Notes: generated from the sequence alone by a model not told the origin. Counted from the stretch's first letter, positions 8,293 to 20,761 are shown. The stretch is DNA of 64,000 nt from a bacterium (GCA_965203885.1 OZ241920.1:3073476-3137475), one strand, 5' to 3'. Translations and numbers: made by a program.

Positions 8293-9216
8293 ATGAACCC
8301 TGCCGAACCCCACGTAACCATCGTCATACTCAACCTGAACCGGGAATCGGACACGCTGGAGTGCCTGGAGTCCGTCGCGCGCATGACCTACCCGTCCTTT
8401 TCGGTCGTGGTCGTGGACAACGGATCGACCGACGGGTCGCCGGACGCCATCGAGGGCTGGGGACGGGAGAACCTGCCCCTGGCACTCATTCGCAACGCCG
8501 ATAACCGGGGTTTCGCCGGGGGCGGCAACCAGGGCATGCGCCACGCGCTGGCGGCCGGCACCGATTACGTGTTCCTGTTGAACGACGATACGGTGGTAGA
8601 TCCCGACGTATTGGATATCCTCGTTCGAGCGGCGGAACGTTCCGGCGATATCGGCATGGTGGGTCCCAAGATATACCAGTATGGAAAGGGCAAGATACTC
8701 GACTCGGCGGGTACGCGTACGATACCGTGGCTGGCCCAGGGGTTCCTCGTCGGCCACGGGGAAGAGGACCGGGGCCAGTACGATGCCACGGCCGAGATGC
8801 CCTACATCACGGGGACGGCGCTCCTGGTCAAGCGCGCCGTGCTGGAGCAGGTCGGACTGATGGATGAGGACTATTTTTGCTACTTCGATGACTTCGACTG
8901 GGGAATGCGGACGCGGGAAGCCGGTTACAAACTCTATCTGGAGCCCAGGGCGGTGATCCGCCACAAGGGGACGCAGACCATCGGTTTAAACAGTCCATTC
9001 TATATGCTTCACATGGTGCGCAGCAGGATTCTGTTCGCGAGAAAACACGTGCCGCACCTGCCGTTTCTGTTCGCGTTCCTGCCTTACCTTTTTCTGTATC
9101 GGTATCTACGTCCGCTCGCTATCTTGGTCATCCGCCGCAGGTGGACCCACCTGGGCGCGCTCCATCGCGGGATCCGGGAGGGATTCGCCGCCCGGATCAC
9201 GTCGGGCAACGGTTGA
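8293..9216 (+). CDS. family 2 glycosyltransferase (GT-A fold)
   Basis: 'VTIVILNLNRESDTLECLESV...VVVDNGSTDGS' and 'LLNDDTVVDPD' DxD region, typical GT2. Confidence 0.8.
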   Translation: MNPAEPHVTIVILNLNRESDTLECLESVARMTYPSFSVVVVDNGSTDGSPDAIEGWGRENLPLALIRNADNRGFAGGGNQGMRHALAAGTDYVFLLNDDTVVDPDVLDILVRAAERSGDIGMVGPKIYQYGKGKILDSAGTRTIPWLAQGFLVGHGEEDRGQYDATAEMPYITGTALLVKRAVLEQVGLMDEDYFCYFDDFDWGMRTREAGYKLYLEPRAVIRHKGTQTIGLNSPFYMLHMVRSRILFARKHVPHLPFLFAFLPYLFLYRYLRPLAILVIRRRWTHLGALHRGIREGFAARITSGNG

Positions 9217-9291
9217 AGGGAACGGTTGAAGGGAACGACTGAAGGCACCGGTTTGATACACCAGTCGTGTCCTTCGTTCATGGCGCGGCAA

Positions 9292-9362
9292 CAGACCGGG
9301 CAGACCGTACTGACCCAGCAGACCGGGCAGACCGGGCAGACCATACAGACCGTATAGACCGT
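9292..9362. repeat. 9-bp microsatellite (cagaccggg-like unit x ~8, imperfect) in GT2-yfhO intergenic region
   Basis: Read directly: cagaccggg cagaccgta ctgacccag cagaccggg cagaccggg cagaccata cagaccgta tagaccgtt. Confidence 0.85.
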
Positions 9363-9374
9363 TAAAGGGCATTC

Positions 9375-11870
9375 ATGGCGAAGAAACAACCACATACGCG
9401 ACCCGATCGGCGCAGAACCGGCGGAGCGGACAGAACCCGCGGCTCGGCCAGGGACCGGCGGGAACGCTCGGCGCGCACGGAACGCACGGCACGAACCTTG
9501 CATCCGTACGTCCAGGATGCCTTGTTCTGCCTGGTGATCGCGGTGTTGGCCATCTTCGTTTACCGCGGCTATATCATCGAAGGCAAGATGGACATCCGGC
9601 CAGATTTCATTGGCCAGGCCATTCCCTTCGACCGCTTCGCGCAGGACTTCGCAAGCCGGTCCGGCGAAACGCCCCTCTGGTACCCCCACATCTTCGGCGG
9701 CATGCCCTTCCAGGCCAGCGGCACCTATCACCATCTGCAGTACAGCTTCGAAGCCCTGGTCAACGCCGTCCTGCCGGACGGGCTCATCGGCGCGCTGCAC
9801 GGCCGCTTCTTCTTCCACCTGCTCCTCGGCGCGGTCTCCATGTTCTTCCTGGCGCGGGCCCTGTCGCTCTCGCGGCCCGCGTCTTTCGTCGCCGCGGCGG
9901 CCTTCGTGTTCTCCACCCACATGATGGCCACGGAACACGCGAACCGGTTCATCTGCTTCATGCACGTCCCCCTCGTCTTCCTGGCCGCCTACCGCGTATT
10001 CGATCGCGGCAGGGTGTTCGACATGGTATTGCTCGGCGGCGCCTTCGGCTCGCAGTTGTGTTCCTTTCATCCCCAGATCGCCTTCTACACGGCCATGCTG
10101 ATCGGCCTGTACGCCGCGTACGCCGTGATCAACGACCTGCGGGACCGGGCGCCCGCCGGCATCATGCTGAGGAAATCCGGTCTTTTCGCGGGCGGAATCG
10201 TCCTGGCCCTGGCCGTCGCGGCGGTGCTCGTGCTGCCCATGCAGGAATACGCGCAGTATTCCGTCCGGGGCCTCTCCGTCGGCGGCAGCGGCGTCAACGC
10301 CCCCTTCGCCACGAGCTGGTCGTTCCCGCCCATCGAAGTGCTGACCTTCCTCATCCCATCCTTCGCCGGGTTCGGCGGGCTCTTCTACTGGGGGGACATG
10401 CCCTTCACGGACTTTCCCAACTACCTGGGCGTCGTCGTTTTCGTGCTGGCGGTATCGGGCGTAATCCTTCGCCCTTCGCGCATGACCGCCTTCCTCGTCC
10501 TGGCGGCCGCGCTGGCGCTCCTGGTCTCCTTCGGGCGGCACCTGCCCCCCGTATCCTACGTCATGCTCCACTTCGTCCCCTTCTTCGCCAAGTTCCGCGC
10601 GCCGGTCATGATCCTGGTGATCGTGCAGTTCGCGGCCGCCCTGCTGGCGGGATACGGCGTGCACGCGCTGATCGAACGGATCCGCGCGGGCCGGGACAGT
10701 CTGAGGCGCTTCGCGACGCGGCTGTGCTGCGTGGCCGGCGGGGTGCTCCTGCTGGTCCTGGTCCTGACCGTGTTCGAGTCCTCCTTCCAGTCCTTCATGA
10801 CGGGCGTCTACGTACAGGCGGACGCGGCCCACGGTTCGCGCGCGGGCCTCCTGGACAACGCGGATTACCACGCCCGGCTCAACGCCATGCGTTTCGGCCT
10901 GCTCATGGCCGACCTGTGGCTCATGACGCTGTTCCTCTGCGCGGCGGCCGCGCTGCTCTTCGCCACCCGCAAGGCGGGCCCGGCGCTGTTTGCCGCCGGC
11001 GTGAGCGCACTCCTCGCCGTCGACCTGCTGCTCGTGGCCTCGCGGGTCGTGAACCCCGAAGACGATCCCGCGCGGATCCAGGCCCATTACGCCGCCCGCG
11101 AAAACGAGATCGTGAAGGCCCTGGAGGAAGACACCGGCCTGTACCGCATCCTCCCGCTGTCCGAGTTCTCGTCCAACGAGTACGGATACTTCGGCATCTC
11201 CAGCATCGGCGGCTACCACGCCGCCAAACTCGGTATCTACCAGGAACTCATGGACCGGGTGGGGTTCAGCTCCTTTCCGGTTTTGAACATGCTCAATACC
11301 CGTTACCTTGTGTCCCGGCAGCCTCTACCGGAATCCGGGCTCTCGCCCGTGGCCGAGTCCGACGGCGGATACCTCTACCGGAACGACGCCGCGCTGCCGC
11401 GGGCCTTCCTGGTGGACAGCGTGCAAGTCGTCGCCGGGAAGGACGCCGTCTTCGAAGCGTTGAACGAGCCCGGGTTCGAACCCGGCGAGTACGCGATCCT
11501 GGAGCAGCCCGTCCGGGAGGCGTTGGGGCCGCTGGGCGAATCCTCCGTGGAGATCACGGCGCACACGCCCCATCGCATCGAGGTGGCGGTGGAGGCCGAC
11601 GCGCCGGGCCTGCTGGTGCTCAGCGAGATCTACTATCCGGCCGGGTGGAGCGCCACGATCGACGGCGAGCCCGCCGAGATATACAAGACCAACTACGTGC
11701 TGCGCTCCGTGGCCGTCCCGGCGGGCCGTCATGAAGTCGTCATGACCTTTGCCCCGTCGAGCTTTGCCACGGGACTCCTCGTGAGCCGGATCGCCGGCAC
11801 GCTGGTCCTGGCCGGGTTGATCGCCGCGGGCGCGATGCGCATCAGAAAGCGCCTGAAGGCCGGGGCCTGA
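9375..11870 (+). CDS. yfhO: YfhO family membrane glycosyltransferase (GT-C fold)
   Basis: 831 aa; many N-terminal TM helices (e.g. 'LWYPHIFGGMPFQASGTYHHL', 'FFLARALSL'), large C-terminal extracytoplasmic domain ending in a TM anchor; adjacent GtrB-like GT2 reproduces the known CsbB-YfhO / GtrB-GT-C pairing. Confidence 0.75.
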   Translation: MAKKQPHTRPDRRRTGGADRTRGSARDRRERSARTERTARTLHPYVQDALFCLVIAVLAIFVYRGYIIEGKMDIRPDFIGQAIPFDRFAQDFASRSGETPLWYPHIFGGMPFQASGTYHHLQYSFEALVNAVLPDGLIGALHGRFFFHLLLGAVSMFFLARALSLSRPASFVAAAAFVFSTHMMATEHANRFICFMHVPLVFLAAYRVFDRGRVFDMVLLGGAFGSQLCSFHPQIAFYTAMLIGLYAAYAVINDLRDRAPAGIMLRKSGLFAGGIVLALAVAAVLVLPMQEYAQYSVRGLSVGGSGVNAPFATSWSFPPIEVLTFLIPSFAGFGGLFYWGDMPFTDFPNYLGVVVFVLAVSGVILRPSRMTAFLVLAAALALLVSFGRHLPPVSYVMLHFVPFFAKFRAPVMILVIVQFAAALLAGYGVHALIERIRAGRDSLRRFATRLCCVAGGVLLLVLVLTVFESSFQSFMTGVYVQADAAHGSRAGLLDNADYHARLNAMRFGLLMADLWLMTLFLCAAAALLFATRKAGPALFAAGVSALLAVDLLLVASRVVNPEDDPARIQAHYAARENEIVKALEEDTGLYRILPLSEFSSNEYGYFGISSIGGYHAAKLGIYQELMDRVGFSSFPVLNMLNTRYLVSRQPLPESGLSPVAESDGGYLYRNDAALPRAFLVDSVQVVAGKDAVFEALNEPGFEPGEYAILEQPVREALGPLGESSVEITAHTPHRIEVAVEADAPGLLVLSEIYYPAGWSATIDGEPAEIYKTNYVLRSVAVPAGRHEVVMTFAPSSFATGLLVSRIAGTLVLAGLIAAGAMRIRKRLKAGA

Positions 11871-11948
11871 CAACGTAGACGCCGGACGCCGAAACCGCCT
11901 GAAGGCCGCGGCCTGACGCGAAGACAACTGACACCAAAGACGCAAACC

Positions 11949-12662
11949 ATGAAACCGCTGATCATCATCCCCACCTACAACGAACTGGAGAACATCCGGC
12001 GCCTGCTGCCCGAGCTGATGGCGCTGGATCCGGATATACGCGTGCTCGTGGTGGACGACAACTCGCCGGACGGGACGGGGAAGCTGGCCGACGAGCTGGC
12101 CGCGGGGAACGAGCGGATCAGCGTCCTCCACCGGCCCGGCAAGCTCGGCCTTGGATCGGCTTACGTGGCGGGTTTCAGGTACGCGGTCCGGCAGGACGTG
12201 GACTGCGTCTTCGAGATGGACGCGGACTTCTCCCACGACCCCGCCATGATACCCAGGTTCCTGGAGGAGATCGCGTCCTGCGACGTGGTGATCGGGTCCC
12301 GGTACGTCAGCGGCATCAACGTGGTGAACTGGCCCATGTCCCGGCTGCTGCTCAGCTATTTCGCCAACATCTACACCCGCCTGGTCACGGGCATGACGAT
12401 CCGGGACGCCACCTCGGGATACAAGTGCTTCCGCCGCGAAGTGCTGGAGAACATCGCGCTGGACGACGTCCGGTCCGACGGGTACGCCTTCCAGATCGAG
12501 ATGAATTTCAGGTGCTGGCGAAAGGGGTATCGCCTGCGTGAAATCCCCATTATCTTCGTAGACCGGCGTTCGGGCACGTCGAAACTATCCCGGGGCGTGA
12601 TCAGCGAGGCGGTCTGGATCCCCTGGTGGCTGCGCCTGCAGCGCCTGCTGCGCCGCATGTAG
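11949..12662 (+). CDS. polyprenyl-phosphate sugar synthase, GtrB/CsbB/Dpm1-like GT2
   Basis: 'IIIPTYNELENI...VLVVDDNSPDGTG' and 'EMDADFSHDP' (DxD / Dpm1 signature); soluble ~237 aa. Confidence 0.85.
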   Translation: MKPLIIIPTYNELENIRRLLPELMALDPDIRVLVVDDNSPDGTGKLADELAAGNERISVLHRPGKLGLGSAYVAGFRYAVRQDVDCVFEMDADFSHDPAMIPRFLEEIASCDVVIGSRYVSGINVVNWPMSRLLLSYFANIYTRLVTGMTIRDATSGYKCFRREVLENIALDDVRSDGYAFQIEMNFRCWRKGYRLREIPIIFVDRRSGTSKLSRGVISEAVWIPWWLRLQRLLRRM

Positions 12663-12696
12663 ATACGCTTCGACACGGAGACGGAGGGAGCCCATC

Positions 12697-13497
12697 ATGT
12701 TGTCAGATAAGCAACTCCAGCACTTCAGGACCTTCGGGTTCGTGGTCCTCAGGCAGGTCTTCACGCCGGACGAGCTGGCCGTGATCAACCGGGAGTTCGA
12801 TCACGGGCTGGAATCGGCCTACCGCCACCTGCCCTTCGACGGCACGGTCCGGCACTGGGTCACGATGATGGGGGAGTCCACGCCCTTTTTCGCGAACCTG
12901 CTGGAGGACGACAGGCTCTGCGGCGTCGCCGAACAACTCTATGGCGAGGATGCGCTGGGGGTCGCGGCGGACGCCAACCGGTACGTCGGCAACACGGGAT
13001 GGCATCCGGATACCCACAGCATCCACCAGTACGGCATCAAGTTCGCCTTCTACCTCCAGCCCGTGGGACCGGAAACCGGGGCGCTGCGCGTCATTCCGGG
13101 TTCTCACCGCAACCCGTACCACGGCGAACTCAGAAAGGTGATGCCGGAACTGGGCCTGCCCGTCGCGGACGTGCCGGCCCACGTCTGCGCGTCCGAACCA
13201 GGCGACGTGGTGGGGTTCGACCTCCGGCTGTGGCACGCCAGCTTCGGAGGTTCCAGCGACCGCCGCATGTGCACCTGCGTGTATTACAACAATCCGAGGA
13301 CGCCGGAAGAACTCGAAACAACCCGGGAGCAGGGAGCTAACAACGGCAAGGCGACCGCCAAGTACAACCGGCCCGGCGATCCCCTGGTGGATCCGCACTG
13401 GCTCGCCAATCCCGGGGGCAGCCCCAAGCGACAGCGGTGGCTGGACCGCCTCCTGGAACTCGGTTTCTACCAGGACGTCACGGCCGGCGGTTCATGA
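12697..13497 (+). CDS. phytanoyl-CoA dioxygenase (PhyH) family Fe(II)/2-oxoglutarate oxygenase
   Basis: 'GWHPDTHS' HxD motif plus a distal His ('LWHASFGG'); PhyH-like length. Confidence 0.75.
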   Translation: MLSDKQLQHFRTFGFVVLRQVFTPDELAVINREFDHGLESAYRHLPFDGTVRHWVTMMGESTPFFANLLEDDRLCGVAEQLYGEDALGVAADANRYVGNTGWHPDTHSIHQYGIKFAFYLQPVGPETGALRVIPGSHRNPYHGELRKVMPELGLPVADVPAHVCASEPGDVVGFDLRLWHASFGGSSDRRMCTCVYYNNPRTPEELETTREQGANNGKATAKYNRPGDPLVDPHWLANPGGSPKRQRWLDRLLELGFYQDVTAGGS

Positions 13498-14279
13498 TGC
13501 GCAGCCGCCTCAGGGACCTGCTGAACGAAGGGAAGCCCGCCGTCGGCGCTCAGCTCCGGTTCGGCTCCCCCGCCGTCGCGGAACTGGCCGGACTGGCCGG
13601 TTTCGACTGGATCCTGATCGACACGGAGCACGCGCCCCAGACGCCGGTGACCGTGCAGGCGCAGGTCCAGGCCGCGTGCTGCACGCCGGCCACGCCGATC
13701 GTCCGGATCACCCGCACCGACCCCGACCTGATCAAGCTATACCTCGACATGGGCGCCATGGGGATCGTCGTCCCCTTCGTGAACACCCCGGAGGAAGCGA
13801 AGACCGGGGCGGACGCCTGCCGCTATCCCCCGCGCGGCACGCGGGGATGGGGGCCTCACCGCGCCGCGGGGTACGGCCTGTTCGAAGAGGAATACACCGC
13901 CGGGATCGACGACGCCGTGGTCTATCTCCCGATCATCGAGTCCGCCGAAGCGGTCGACCGTATCGACGCCATCATGGCCGTGGAGGGGGTGGACGGCTGT
14001 ATCGTGGGTCCGGTGGACCTGTGCATTTCCCTCGGAGTCCCCTTCCGGTTCGACCACCCGAAGTACCTCGACGCCCTCCGCCGCGTGCGGGAAGCCGGAC
14101 AGCGCGCGGGAAAGCCCGTGGGCCATCCCCTGCTCGGTCCCGTGGACGACGAGGAGAACGTGCGCAGGCAGGTGGAAGAAGGCGTGCGCCTGCTGCTCGT
14201 CGGAGGCGACGAGCCGGTCCTGAAGGACGGGTTCCGGCGGGCGGTCGAAGAACTGGCGTTCCTGCGCAGGGACGGATAG
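13494..14279 (+). CDS. HpcH/HpaI family aldolase (2-keto-3-deoxy sugar acid aldolase-like)
   Basis: 'FDWILIDTEHAP' and 'CRYPPRGTRG' (the conserved Arg-Gly aldolase motif); start overlaps the upstream stop (ATGATG at 13494), suggesting translational coupling. Confidence 0.8.
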   Translation: MMRSRLRDLLNEGKPAVGAQLRFGSPAVAELAGLAGFDWILIDTEHAPQTPVTVQAQVQAACCTPATPIVRITRTDPDLIKLYLDMGAMGIVVPFVNTPEEAKTGADACRYPPRGTRGWGPHRAAGYGLFEEEYTAGIDDAVVYLPIIESAEAVDRIDAIMAVEGVDGCIVGPVDLCISLGVPFRFDHPKYLDALRRVREAGQRAGKPVGHPLLGPVDDEENVRRQVEEGVRLLLVGGDEPVLKDGFRRAVEELAFLRRDG

Positions 14280-14339
14280 GATCGTCCGCCGCCCGACTCA
14301 TTCCGCCATAGCGTACGCGGCCGTCCGCCGCGGCCCGCG

Positions 14340-15338
14340 TTAAGCCTGATCCTTCGGTTTACGGACGATCATGGCCTGGCTCACCGTGGACAGCCCCAGC
14401 AGCATGGCCGCCAGATCGATCAGGCAGCTTACCGACTTGGTAATGAAGTTTTCGTAGCTGATCAGGCTGTACATGAATCCGGTCGAACCGGGCGCGTGGG
14501 GTTCCATGCCCAGCTTGATGCGGAGACTCCCGGGCCAGTGGCTCGCTTCGACGATGGCGCCGTGGGATTCTATCTCCAGGCCGCATCCGCTTACGCAGGC
14601 CGCGAGGGCCTTGCGGGAGAACAGGTGGAAGTGCCTGGGGATACTCAGCGCCATCCAGTGGTTCCGGAAGAAGTAACGGGATAACCCGTGCAGGTCGGGC
14701 GTCTCGAGATACAACACGCCTCCCGGCACGAGATGGTCCGAAATCCACCGGACCAGCCGGCCGGGATCGGTCACGTGCTCGATGACCTGCTGGCAGATGA
14801 CGGCATCGAACCGTTCCCCGCATTGCACGTCCTCGATCGGGCCTTCCATGAGGGTCACGCCGCGGCCGGAAAGGTAGGACCGGGCTTCCGGCTCGAACTT
14901 GAGGTCGTTGGCGAAGAGTTCGAGAGGAAAAGGGGCGAGTTCCGCCAGATAGGCGAGATTGCCGCCGAATCCCGCGCCGATATCGAGCACCCGGGAACCG
15001 GCCCGGAGATTCGCGATCACTTTCCGGATCCATCCCCGGTCGAGCACGTTGAGCTTCAGCCACCTTAAGGGGGCGAAGGCGGGGTACTCGATTTCCGTGA
15101 CGCGCACAATGTAGTCGCGGGGATAGATGCGGTCTATGTCCGCCATCCGGACCCTCGGCGACAGGTACACGTGTCCGCAATCCGCGCACGCGACGAACCG
15201 GAACCGGTTGTCGCAGGTGCGGTACTCGAAGTCGTATCCCTCGAAGACCGGCCGCGGCTGCGTCTCGGCGCTTCCGCACATCGCGCAGGCGACCGGCACA
15301 AGTTCCAGTATATGACCAGAACCGATTTTACTATCCAT
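14340..15338 (-). CDS. class I SAM-dependent methyltransferase with N-terminal Cys4 zinc-ribbon (sugar C-methyltransferase-like)
   Basis: 'CAMCGS...CADCGHV' zinc ribbon followed by 'VLDIGAGFGG' motif I; start taken at the second Met of ORF 14340-15377. Confidence 0.75.
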   Translation of the reverse strand: MDSKIGSGHILELVPVACAMCGSAETQPRPVFEGYDFEYRTCDNRFRFVACADCGHVYLSPRVRMADIDRIYPRDYIVRVTEIEYPAFAPLRWLKLNVLDRGWIRKVIANLRAGSRVLDIGAGFGGNLAYLAELAPFPLELFANDLKFEPEARSYLSGRGVTLMEGPIEDVQCGERFDAVICQQVIEHVTDPGRLVRWISDHLVPGGVLYLETPDLHGLSRYFFRNHWMALSIPRHFHLFSRKALAACVSGCGLEIESHGAIVEASHWPGSLRIKLGMEPHAPGSTGFMYSLISYENFITKSVSCLIDLAAMLLGLSTVSQAMIVRKPKDQA

Positions 15339-15389
15339 ACAACTCCGTCTGTTCCAGATACCTGGATCTACAGTCAAGACGACCTGATC

Positions 15390-16262
15390 TCATCCCGGTT
15401 TTTTGCAGAGTATATACAGTCCCATGGCCACTTCGTGAGCGCGTTCGTTCTTTACCAGAACGTAGTCTGCAAACTTGAATGGCCACAGCAGCACAAGGGG
15501 CACAAGCCTGAAAAGACCGTTAACGTATCGGTTGTTTGAGAACGAAAAAAGTTCGAACCAGTCAGCTGCAATTGCTGTGAAAGCGGATCCAGGACCGACA
15601 CATACGCCTTTCTCAACTACCTTGTACTTATCAAACAGAATCTTCAGGCCTTCGATTGTGTACCGTTGAAAGTCATTTGGATATGCATGAAAATGTGCTA
15701 TGAATGGTAGTTCCGTATAGACATACCCTCCTGGTTTCAACACACGAAACATTTCATCAACCACACGATTCGGATCCCTCACGTGCTCCAGCACAGCAGT
15801 ATTGTATATTAGTTTGAAGGTGTTGTCTTCGAAGGGAATCTCTAATGCGGAAGCGACGACATCCACATTTTCAAACCGATCGATATCGAGATTAACCTGA
15901 TTAGTGGCAGATGCAGTGGTTCCTGAACCTACTACAAGTCTTAACTCTTCCTCGTATTTCGACCAGATTTCTGCAACACGAGGGGTAATCGGCAGGTGTA
16001 AGGTACTTCCGATACCTTTCTTTAGTACGTTAAGGCACTTTTCCAACAATCCCGTTTTGAACTCCGACCGCATTTGATCGGCTTTCTCGAAATCGTAATG
16101 CAAACGCTGATGTTCGGCTTCCTCCAGAAGGACCGGTACCTCATCTATCACTGGGAATCTGTGATCTGAATCCCGACAAGCAAAGAGGTCGTTCGATATT
16201 CTGGTCAGATTACCGTGACACCTCGGACACCGGAGAAGGTGCTCGAATCGTTCGAGATTCAT
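15390..16262 (-). CDS. SAM-dependent methyltransferase (Methyltransf_11-like) with N-terminal Trm112-like zinc ribbon; lower GC than neighbours
   Basis: 'LLRCPRCHGNL...FACRDSDHRFPVIDEVPVLL' Trm112-like; 'LEHVRDPNRVVDEMFRVLKPGGYVY' motif post-II; visibly lower GC than the adjacent methyltransferase. Confidence 0.75.
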   Translation of the reverse strand: MNLERFEHLLRCPRCHGNLTRISNDLFACRDSDHRFPVIDEVPVLLEEAEHQRLHYDFEKADQMRSEFKTGLLEKCLNVLKKGIGSTLHLPITPRVAEIWSKYEEELRLVVGSGTTASATNQVNLDIDRFENVDVVASALEIPFEDNTFKLIYNTAVLEHVRDPNRVVDEMFRVLKPGGYVYTELPFIAHFHAYPNDFQRYTIEGLKILFDKYKVVEKGVCVGPGSAFTAIAADWFELFSFSNNRYVNGLFRLVPLVLLWPFKFADYVLVKNERAHEVAMGLYILCKKPG

Positions 16263-16494
16263 GACTGAATACCATCGAAAACGCGGTCAGTTCGAGCAGC
16301 GCTCCCCCACATCGCGCAGGCTACGGGCGTCAACTCCAGCTCGACACCGCTGTCAATGGGGTTCATGGGATGGACCGGCCGTGTTGTGGGGACCCGGCGC
16401 GCCCCGAGGAGGACTCCAGCCGGCGCGCCCCGAGAGGGACTGCTGCCGGCGCACCTCGGGCAGGCAATTGCTTCCGGGCGCCCCGGACGGATGG

Positions 16495-16896
16495 CTACTC
16501 GGAACGCGCCCTGATGCGGTTGACCGCGCGGTCCAGCGAGGCTTTCGCCCGTTCGGCGTCGACGCCTTCTTCATCCGAATCCAGGCGCCGGCGCGCCCGC
16601 TCCTCGGCCTGTTGCGCCCGAGCGACGTCGATGTCGCCCACCTCTTCGATGGTCTCGGCCAGGATGGTCACCTGGGACCGCAGCACTTCGACGAATCCGC
16701 CGGACACGGTGTACCGGGTACGGCCGCCGGCGTTCCGGATGGTCAGGACGCCCGGCTGCAGCGAAGTGAGCATGGGCACGTGGCCGATCAGCACCTCGAA
16801 GTATCCGTCGGCGCCCGGCGCCAGCACGCTGCGCGCCTCGCCCTCGTAGGCCATGCTGGAAGGCGTAACGATGACTAAGGGGAACTCGCCCGCCAT
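16495..16896 (-). CDS. atpC: F1 ATP synthase epsilon subunit
   Basis: Epsilon-subunit-like length and sequence; position 3' of atpD. Confidence 0.9.
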   Translation of the reverse strand: MAGEFPLVIVTPSSMAYEGEARSVLAPGADGYFEVLIGHVPMLTSLQPGVLTIRNAGGRTRYTVSGGFVEVLRSQVTILAETIEEVGDIDVARAQQAEERARRRLDSDEEGVDAERAKASLDRAVNRIRARSE

Positions 16897-16899
16897 GAT

Positions 16900-19192
<2,293 letters not shown>

Positions 19193-19210
19193 GGCGCCCT
19201 TTCTACGACT

Positions 19211-20755
19211 CTACGACGTGAACGTCTTGCTGAATTCCCCGGCCGCGTCACGGATGCGCTGTTCCGCGTCCTCGGTCAACTGTTCGGTCTCCCTGATCTC
19301 GCGGCCCACGTCCGAATGATGCGTCTCCATGTACTCGAGGAACGCGTCCACGAAGGGCTGCACCTGGTCCACGGCCAGGTCGTTCAACAGGCCGTTGACG
19401 CCCACGTACAGGGAAAGGATCTGCTCCTCGACCGCCATGGGCCGGTACTGGGCCTGCTTGAGCAGCTCGACCAGCCGCTCGCCCAGGTGAAGTTCCCGCT
19501 GCGTGGTCTGGTCCAGGCCCGACGTGCCGAACCGGGCGAAGGCCTCCAGCTCGCGGTACCGGGCGAGCGAGGTCCTGAGCAGCCCGGCCACCTGGCGCGA
19601 CTTCATCGCCTTGATCTGCGCCGCGCCGCCCACGCGGGAAACCGACAGGCCCACGTTGACCGCCGGCCGCTGTCCGGCGAAGAACAGGTTGGACTCCAGG
19701 AAGATCTGGCCGTCGGTGATGGAAATCACGTTGGTCGGGATGTAGGTCGACACGTCGCCGAACTGGGTCTCGATGACCGGCAGCGCGGTCAGCGACCCGG
19801 CGCCGTACTCGTCGCTCATCTTGGCCGCGCGCTCCAGGAGGCGGGAATGGAGGTAGAACACGTCCCCCGGATAGGCCTCGCGGCCGGGCGGACGGCGGAG
19901 GTTCAGCGAGAGCTGGCGGTAGGCCACCGCGTGCTTGGTCAGATCGTCGTAGATCACCAGGGCGTGCTTCCCGCTATCGCGGTAGTACTCGCCCATGGTC
20001 GCCCCGCCGTAGGGCGCCAGGAACTGCATGGGCGCCGGCGTGCTGGCCGAGGCCACGACCACGGTCGTGTATTCCATGGCGCCGTGTTCTTCCAGGGTCG
20101 CCACGGTCTTGGCGATCGTGGACCCCTTCTGGCCGACGGCCACGTAGATGCAGACCATGTCCTGGCCCTTCTGGTTGATGATCGCGTCCAGGGCCACGGC
20201 CGTCTTGCCCGTCTGCCGGTCGCCGATAATCAGCTCGCGCTGTCCCCTTCCGATGGGGAACATGCTGTCGATCACCTTGAGCCCGGTATACATGGGCTCG
20301 TTCACGGGCTGGCGCTGCACCACGCCGGGCGCCTTCGTCTCGATCGGGCGCGACTCCGCCCCTGCGATCGGCCCCTTGCCGTCGATAGGCCGGCCCAGGG
20401 AATCCACCACGCGGCCCAGCATGCCGTCGCCCACGGCGCACTCGACGATCCGCTGCGTCCGCTTGACCGGATCGCCTTCCTTGATCAGTTGGTCGTCCCC
20501 GAAGAGGATGCACCCGACGTTGTCTTCCTCGAGGTTGAGCACCATGCCCACCACCTCGTTGGGGAACTCGACGAGTTCGTTCGCCATCACGTTGGAGAGG
20601 CCCTGCACCCGGGCGATCCCGTCGCCCACCTGGAGCACGGTGCCCGTTTCGTAGATGTCGACCTCTCTCTTGAAGTCCAGTACCTGCTGCTTCAGGAGCT
20701 CGGAGACCTCGTCCGCACGAATTGTAATCTCATCAAACGCCATAGTCTTCTCCAT
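19211..20755 (-). CDS. atpA: F1 ATP synthase alpha subunit
   Basis: 'GDRQTGKTA' P-loop, conserved alpha sequence. Confidence 0.97.
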   Translation of the reverse strand: MEKTMAFDEITIRADEVSELLKQQVLDFKREVDIYETGTVLQVGDGIARVQGLSNVMANELVEFPNEVVGMVLNLEEDNVGCILFGDDQLIKEGDPVKRTQRIVECAVGDGMLGRVVDSLGRPIDGKGPIAGAESRPIETKAPGVVQRQPVNEPMYTGLKVIDSMFPIGRGQRELIIGDRQTGKTAVALDAIINQKGQDMVCIYVAVGQKGSTIAKTVATLEEHGAMEYTTVVVASASTPAPMQFLAPYGGATMGEYYRDSGKHALVIYDDLTKHAVAYRQLSLNLRRPPGREAYPGDVFYLHSRLLERAAKMSDEYGAGSLTALPVIETQFGDVSTYIPTNVISITDGQIFLESNLFFAGQRPAVNVGLSVSRVGGAAQIKAMKSRQVAGLLRTSLARYRELEAFARFGTSGLDQTTQRELHLGERLVELLKQAQYRPMAVEEQILSLYVGVNGLLNDLAVDQVQPFVDAFLEYMETHHSDVGREIRETEQLTEDAEQRIRDAAGEFSKTFTS

Positions 20756-20761
20756 CGATGC

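Noticed and set aside
9084-11219. 711-aa minus-strand ORF overlapping yfhO
   Set aside because: Shadow ORF. Its translation is compositionally biased (R/G/E/H/D-rich) with no family features, while the + strand encodes a well-formed multi-TM YfhO protein.
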